Source of the DNA: Candidatus Spongiisociaceae bacterium
Lineage (GTDB): Bacteria; Actinomycetota; Acidimicrobiia; Spongiisociales; Spongiisociaceae
Length of the DNA stretch: 64,000 nt
Assembly (NCBI GenBank): GCA_965202665.1
Contig: OZ241841.1
Span: forward strand, 992,001-1,056,000
Direction: 5' to 3'
Shown here: positions 60,245-64,000 of the stretch, piece by piece
Layout of the letters: every line of letters starts with the position of its first letter
How positions within the stretch are numbered: position 1 is the stretch's first letter
The notes under the pieces: model-generated
Databases searched by the model: none
What the model saw: only the letters and a program-made list of their open reading frames with translations
What the model was told of the DNA's origin: nothing
Made by a program: the position numbers and the translations under genes

Positions 60245-61258
60245 TCAGGGTTTGAGTCCAATTTTATCAATAATTTTATTTGCTAATTTCTTGAAATCTT
60301 TACCTGCATCAATAGCAGCACTATTATGTCCACCAAAAGCACCGTCTGCCGCTTTGAGGTGGAAAATAGGTTTACGCGCCTCCTGTGCCATAGGTACAAG
60401 GCTCCTAAAATGCCTTAGCGTCGCCAAAGCATTTTCCCTATCATTGGCTGGAGAGCTAGGATATGGGCCTTGCGCTTTATTGAGTAGATTGATGGCATAC
60501 TCAGATGGCATCCTATTAACCCATTTGTCATAAGCTTGAACTGGCCTATCCAAACGTACGCTATGTTGTTGAACTACATACCCTATTGGTTGCATGCTAC
60601 CTCCTGGAAGGGGAAAGGCCGGATTCTTCCAATGGCCCTGACGGTTCGACCACTCCTCTCGCCATTGGTTTAGAGTAGGCCCAAGATTTCGTAGACCTTG
60701 CAATGAAAATAAATCAGCACCCAAAGGAACCACAATATAATCCGTTGCTATCAAAGCGGAACGATTGATAGCACCCAGATTTGGTCCAACATCAACCAAG
60801 ACAATATGAGCATCAACCTGTTGCGCACCATTTTGTATGATAGAATAAAAGGCTGTCAAAACGCGAAAAGGTTGCAAAAGATTGTCGGAACGTAGAGCTT
60901 TAGGCCACTCCTCTGACAAAAAATCCTCGGCGCTTGCTAGTGCTAAATCACCAGGTATTAGACTTAAATTGTTGTTTATCACTATTACCTCTGGTGGCAA
61001 TAAATCACCAACCCCCATCAAAGGCCGGAGACACTGCATAATGGTACTCCCATGATTTTCCCCAGCATTATTATCATCCCACAGACTCTCCAAATCCTCA
61101 TCGTTGAGAAAGTAAGCCGTTAGGTTAACCTGCGGATCTAAGTCACATACTAATACCTTATAGTCCATGTCGGACAACATCCAGGCTAGATGGTAAACCA
61201 GCGAGGTTTTACCAACTCCTCCCTTATTGTTAAAAAAGGTTAGTAAGGGGATTTTCAT
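60245..61258 (-). CDS. ParA/Soj-like ATPase (AT-rich, accessory)
   Basis: NNKGGVGKT, DLDPQ, DVGPNLGAINR. Confidence 0.88.
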   Translation of the reverse strand: MKIPLLTFFNNKGGVGKTSLVYHLAWMLSDMDYKVLVCDLDPQVNLTAYFLNDEDLESLWDDNNAGENHGSTIMQCLRPLMGVGDLLPPEVIVINNNLSLIPGDLALASAEDFLSEEWPKALRSDNLLQPFRVLTAFYSIIQNGAQQVDAHIVLVDVGPNLGAINRSALIATDYIVVPLGADLFSLQGLRNLGPTLNQWREEWSNRQGHWKNPAFPLPGGSMQPIGYVVQQHSVRLDRPVQAYDKWVNRMPSEYAINLLNKAQGPYPSSPANDRENALATLRHFRSLVPMAQEARKPIFHLKAADGAFGGHNSAAIDAGKDFKKLANKIIDKIGLKP

Positions 61259-61268
61259 ATCAAGTACT

Positions 61269-62480
61269 CTATTCTAATAAACTAGGTTTGATAACAGTCA
61301 TTACATGATGTTGATCTACCATAAATTCAAGGTCGGGATTACCAGACTTTTTTAATAACTCACGTGATAGAGGTATGCCAAATCCGAAGCGTTCCACAAA
61401 TCCCATTATTTTCATCGCCTCAGCTAAATTAGGATTACGATAATCTATTCTCCTTAATTTTCCAAAATTCTCAGCTGTGACTTGGCCAAAGGGGCCACCG
61501 GGGCTGACTATTTCAATGCGATTATTAAACCAATATACTTCTACTGGTGCATTTGTATTATCATATCGTCTGTGTAAGACGGCATTACGAACAATTTGTT
61601 GTAAAGCCCCTAACGGATATGTTTCTCTTCGCTTTTCTATTGGTGTTGATAAAATATCAACAGATATACGATTATGTGCTATAAGTTTTTCATCAATGCG
61701 ATTAAGCATATCCATGATAGTTCCTTGTATTTTAGCTTCATCAATAATTTCATCCACCTCACTACAGCCATTTATCCTGAGAAATTGTATATATGCACTA
61801 GGTATAATATCTTGTGGATGTTTGCCAACCACTAGAATACCTAAAACAGTGGCAAAAGATTCATCAGTAGCAGAAATCATTTTAGTCGTAATCAACTTAT
61901 CTTCTATACTACGATTATTTACCTGTAGTACATCTTCACTAAAGGCTTGAGACAAATATTGGTTGAATAAATTTAGATCTAGATCATCTATACTAGATGT
62001 AGGAATTGGTTGTAAATCAAAAGGTATATTTCCATAACCCTTTTTTTCATTAAGTATGATTTCGTCTTGCTCGGTAGCGGTATTACGACGAGGACCTGTT
62101 CTAATACAGATAGATCCTTTATAACGAACTGGCGGTGAATTAGAAGGTTGTACCGTAATAATTGCTACTTCTTTACCTTGTAACATGCGCTTTTCCACTG
62201 TCAAGGAGGGCGGTGGTAATATATTACCATCAGTCTTCATATCGGCCAATCGGCGAAGAGACTCGTCTGTGATAGATTCACCTACAATAGTTCCCTTGTC
62301 GTTTACTCCTACAAAAACTAGGCCCGGCTTTTCGTGGTTGGGAAGATCGTTAGCGAACGCGCATATGGCCTCCCTGATCTTATTAGGGGAGTTGCCCAAC
62401 AAGGATTCCTTGAACTCAACCCGGTCGGACTCGCCAGCGGCGATTATTTCCAGGAGTTGCTCGTCTGTGAAGTCGGCCAT
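61269..62480 (-). CDS. AlbA_2 (Schlafen-like) domain plus RecG-C/HATPase-like domain protein
   Basis: GESDRVEFKES, ICAFAN, GVNDKG, NAVLHRRY, SPGG, RNPNLA, VERFGFG. Confidence 0.85.
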   Translation of the reverse strand: MADFTDEQLLEIIAAGESDRVEFKESLLGNSPNKIREAICAFANDLPNHEKPGLVFVGVNDKGTIVGESITDESLRRLADMKTDGNILPPPSLTVEKRMLQGKEVAIITVQPSNSPPVRYKGSICIRTGPRRNTATEQDEIILNEKKGYGNIPFDLQPIPTSSIDDLDLNLFNQYLSQAFSEDVLQVNNRSIEDKLITTKMISATDESFATVLGILVVGKHPQDIIPSAYIQFLRINGCSEVDEIIDEAKIQGTIMDMLNRIDEKLIAHNRISVDILSTPIEKRRETYPLGALQQIVRNAVLHRRYDNTNAPVEVYWFNNRIEIVSPGGPFGQVTAENFGKLRRIDYRNPNLAEAMKIMGFVERFGFGIPLSRELLKKSGNPDLEFMVDQHHVMTVIKPSLLE

Positions 62481-62753
62481 CGGCGGTTCCTCCTTTCGGT
62501 TTATTGGGCGTTTGCGGTTTTATTACCAGCCAGGTTACCAGGTCGAATCTGACGACGGAGCGAGGGATTCGGTTTCCTGGGCAGGAAGAAATCCCTGCTT
62601 CCGCCTAGTCCCAGGCTAGCAACCTGTTTCCGGTCGTGGGCTTGCCGGAGGCTGGTGATGCTGTCGCGCAACAGATTGTCGTACTCCTCCACCTTCCATC
62701 CTTGGTCGGTTTCCCGATTCGGATAGATCGCATAGACGGGAGAACACCTACGT

Positions 62754-63533
62754 TCAGGCATTGCTCGCTGGGCGGTATCTGGGCGGGATTTGGTCTTCCG
62801 GCAACGGGTGGTCGACCGACGGGTTGAGCCACAACGGTCCCATAATCAGCGATTCGGCGAAGAAAATGTTGTGGTCGGCGCAGGCCGCGGGGGCCGACCG
62901 CAGAAGCAGGCGCCCGAAGCCGGAGTTCCAATCGACCGGCCGCAAACCCCATATCCGCCTCGGCTGGGGAACCCGGTGGGCGAACACCCATTGCGGAGGG
63001 GTTGTTTCATCCAAGTCGCAGAGGGCGTGCACCACCGCCGCGATGCTGGCCGCCATGTCCGGCTCGGTTTCCGGCGGGGGCGGGTCGGCCATCATCCTCC
63101 CCCGGCAAGCCGGCCGCACCGCCCAGTCTTTGGCGAACTGCACCAGCGGACGGAACCGGCCTCCCGCATCCGGTTCCCTCATCATGGGGGGCAGCTCCGG
63201 CACCAGCCAAAACGGGCGGGGGCGCAACGGCGGACGGCCCAGCCTCCGGCGCGACTCGGCGAAGGACGGCCTCCGCTCCTCGAAGGACCGGCGCGCAACG
63301 TACTTGTCCGCCGACCAGTCGGCCAAAGCCTCCAACTTGTAGCCGGGGGCCTCCCGTTCCGCCAGATAGGCCCGCACCGCCCGGCGCAGAACGTCCAACT
63401 CCCCGGCGCGGTGCGGAAAAGGCCGTTGCAGGCCCCACTCCCAGCAAAAATTCCAGGCGGTCCGCAACCATCCGGCGGGCGGGGCGCGCTCCCCCGGCCT
63501 TTCCCCCCACCACTGAACCGAAACCTCCTCCAT
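62754..63533 (-). CDS. Hypothetical protein
   Basis: Co-oriented ORF with protein-like composition (AASIAAVVHALCD..PPQWV..APAACADHNIFF); start uncertain. Confidence 0.55.
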   Translation of the reverse strand: MEEVSVQWWGERPGERAPPAGWLRTAWNFCWEWGLQRPFPHRAGELDVLRRAVRAYLAEREAPGYKLEALADWSADKYVARRSFEERRPSFAESRRRLGRPPLRPRPFWLVPELPPMMREPDAGGRFRPLVQFAKDWAVRPACRGRMMADPPPPETEPDMAASIAAVVHALCDLDETTPPQWVFAHRVPQPRRIWGLRPVDWNSGFGRLLLRSAPAACADHNIFFAESLIMGPLWLNPSVDHPLPEDQIPPRYRPASNA

Positions 63534-63599
63534 GCGCCGGATCCTAACCGGCCGCCCGGCCAAACCGGTGGCGGGCGCAAGCGGGGAACTTAGGTTGGG

Positions 63600-64000
63600 T
63601 CAGGCGGAGGCGGGGCGGACTTCCCGGCCGGGTTGTTCGGGTTCATCGTCCAGGATTTGGGGCGGGAAGCCGGGGGCGCGCAGGTCGGAGCCGCACGCCT
63701 CCTCCAGCAGGCGCACGATCCCCGGCGACCAAGCCCGGGGGCCGTAGCGTTCCATCCCCCGGCGGAAAATGTCCAACACCAGCGGCGACACTTCGGCGGG
63801 AACTCCGTGTTCCTCCGCCAACGCCTGGAAAAGGCTCATGTCTTTCACCACCAGATCCATCGTGAAATTGATGTCGTAGCTGCCGTTCAGGATCACCTGC
63901 GACTCGGTTTCATGCACGAACGAGTTGCCGGAGCTGATGCGGATCGCCTCGTAGGCGGTGTTCAAATCCATCCCCGCCTGCTTGGCGGTCATCAACGCCT
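63600..64000 (-). CDS. NAD(P)-dependent oxidoreductase, 3-hydroxyisobutyrate dehydrogenase family (3' part)
   Basis: AIRISSGNSFVHETE..GSYDINFTMDLVVKD; runs off the window edge. Confidence 0.8.
   Translation of the reverse strand, partial: ALMTAKQAGMDLNTAYEAIRISSGNSFVHETESQVILNGSYDINFTMDLVVKDMSLFQALAEEHGVPAEVSPLVLDIFRRGMERYGPRAWSPGIVRLLEEACGSDLRAPGFPPQILDDEPEQPGREVRPASA

Noticed and set aside
62501-62761. 86-aa ORF upstream of the AlbA gene
   Set aside because: No recognisable motif or RBS; may be a remnant but cannot be supported.

Overview
High-GC bacterial chromosome segment, most likely Actinomycetota/Acidimicrobiia (inferred from gene order and protein families; a host-associated lifestyle is plausible but not shown). 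Housekeeping blocks: tilS-hpt-ftsH-folE-folP-(phosphatase-like)-folB-folK; an inositol ABC transporter with iolC/iolG/iolE; alr; tRNA-Tyr/Thr/Met-tuf-rpmG-hadAB-like-ECF sigma-tRNA-Trp-secE-nusG-rplK-rplA; htpX; glgB and two nucleoside phosphorylases. The standout is a 22-kb tandem array (21.9-43.8 kb) of three paralogous ~2,360-2,390-aa secreted proteins with Calx-beta/Ig-like repeats and SLH-like C-termini. Each copy has the same promoter, TTGACA-AATT-G11-TAGCGT, with a poly-G tract inside a 15-bp -35/-10 spacer, which is a classic phase-variation layout. Each has AT-rich hypervariable N-terminal segments between conserved DNA blocks, the copies are mosaics of one another, and each shows a G/T-to-C/A strand-composition gradient. 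Together this looks like a phase-variable, recombination-diversified surface-protein system. tuf carries the same extreme strand skew. Small accessory pieces include a DUF3892 gene flanked by an exact 27-bp duplication of the htpX 3' end, an Xre/ImmA-IrrE + PIN pair, an AT-rich AlbA/RecG-like + ParA-like pair, an orphan AAA ATPase and a Fic-type C-terminal remnant. All calls are from reading the sequence; no searches were run.
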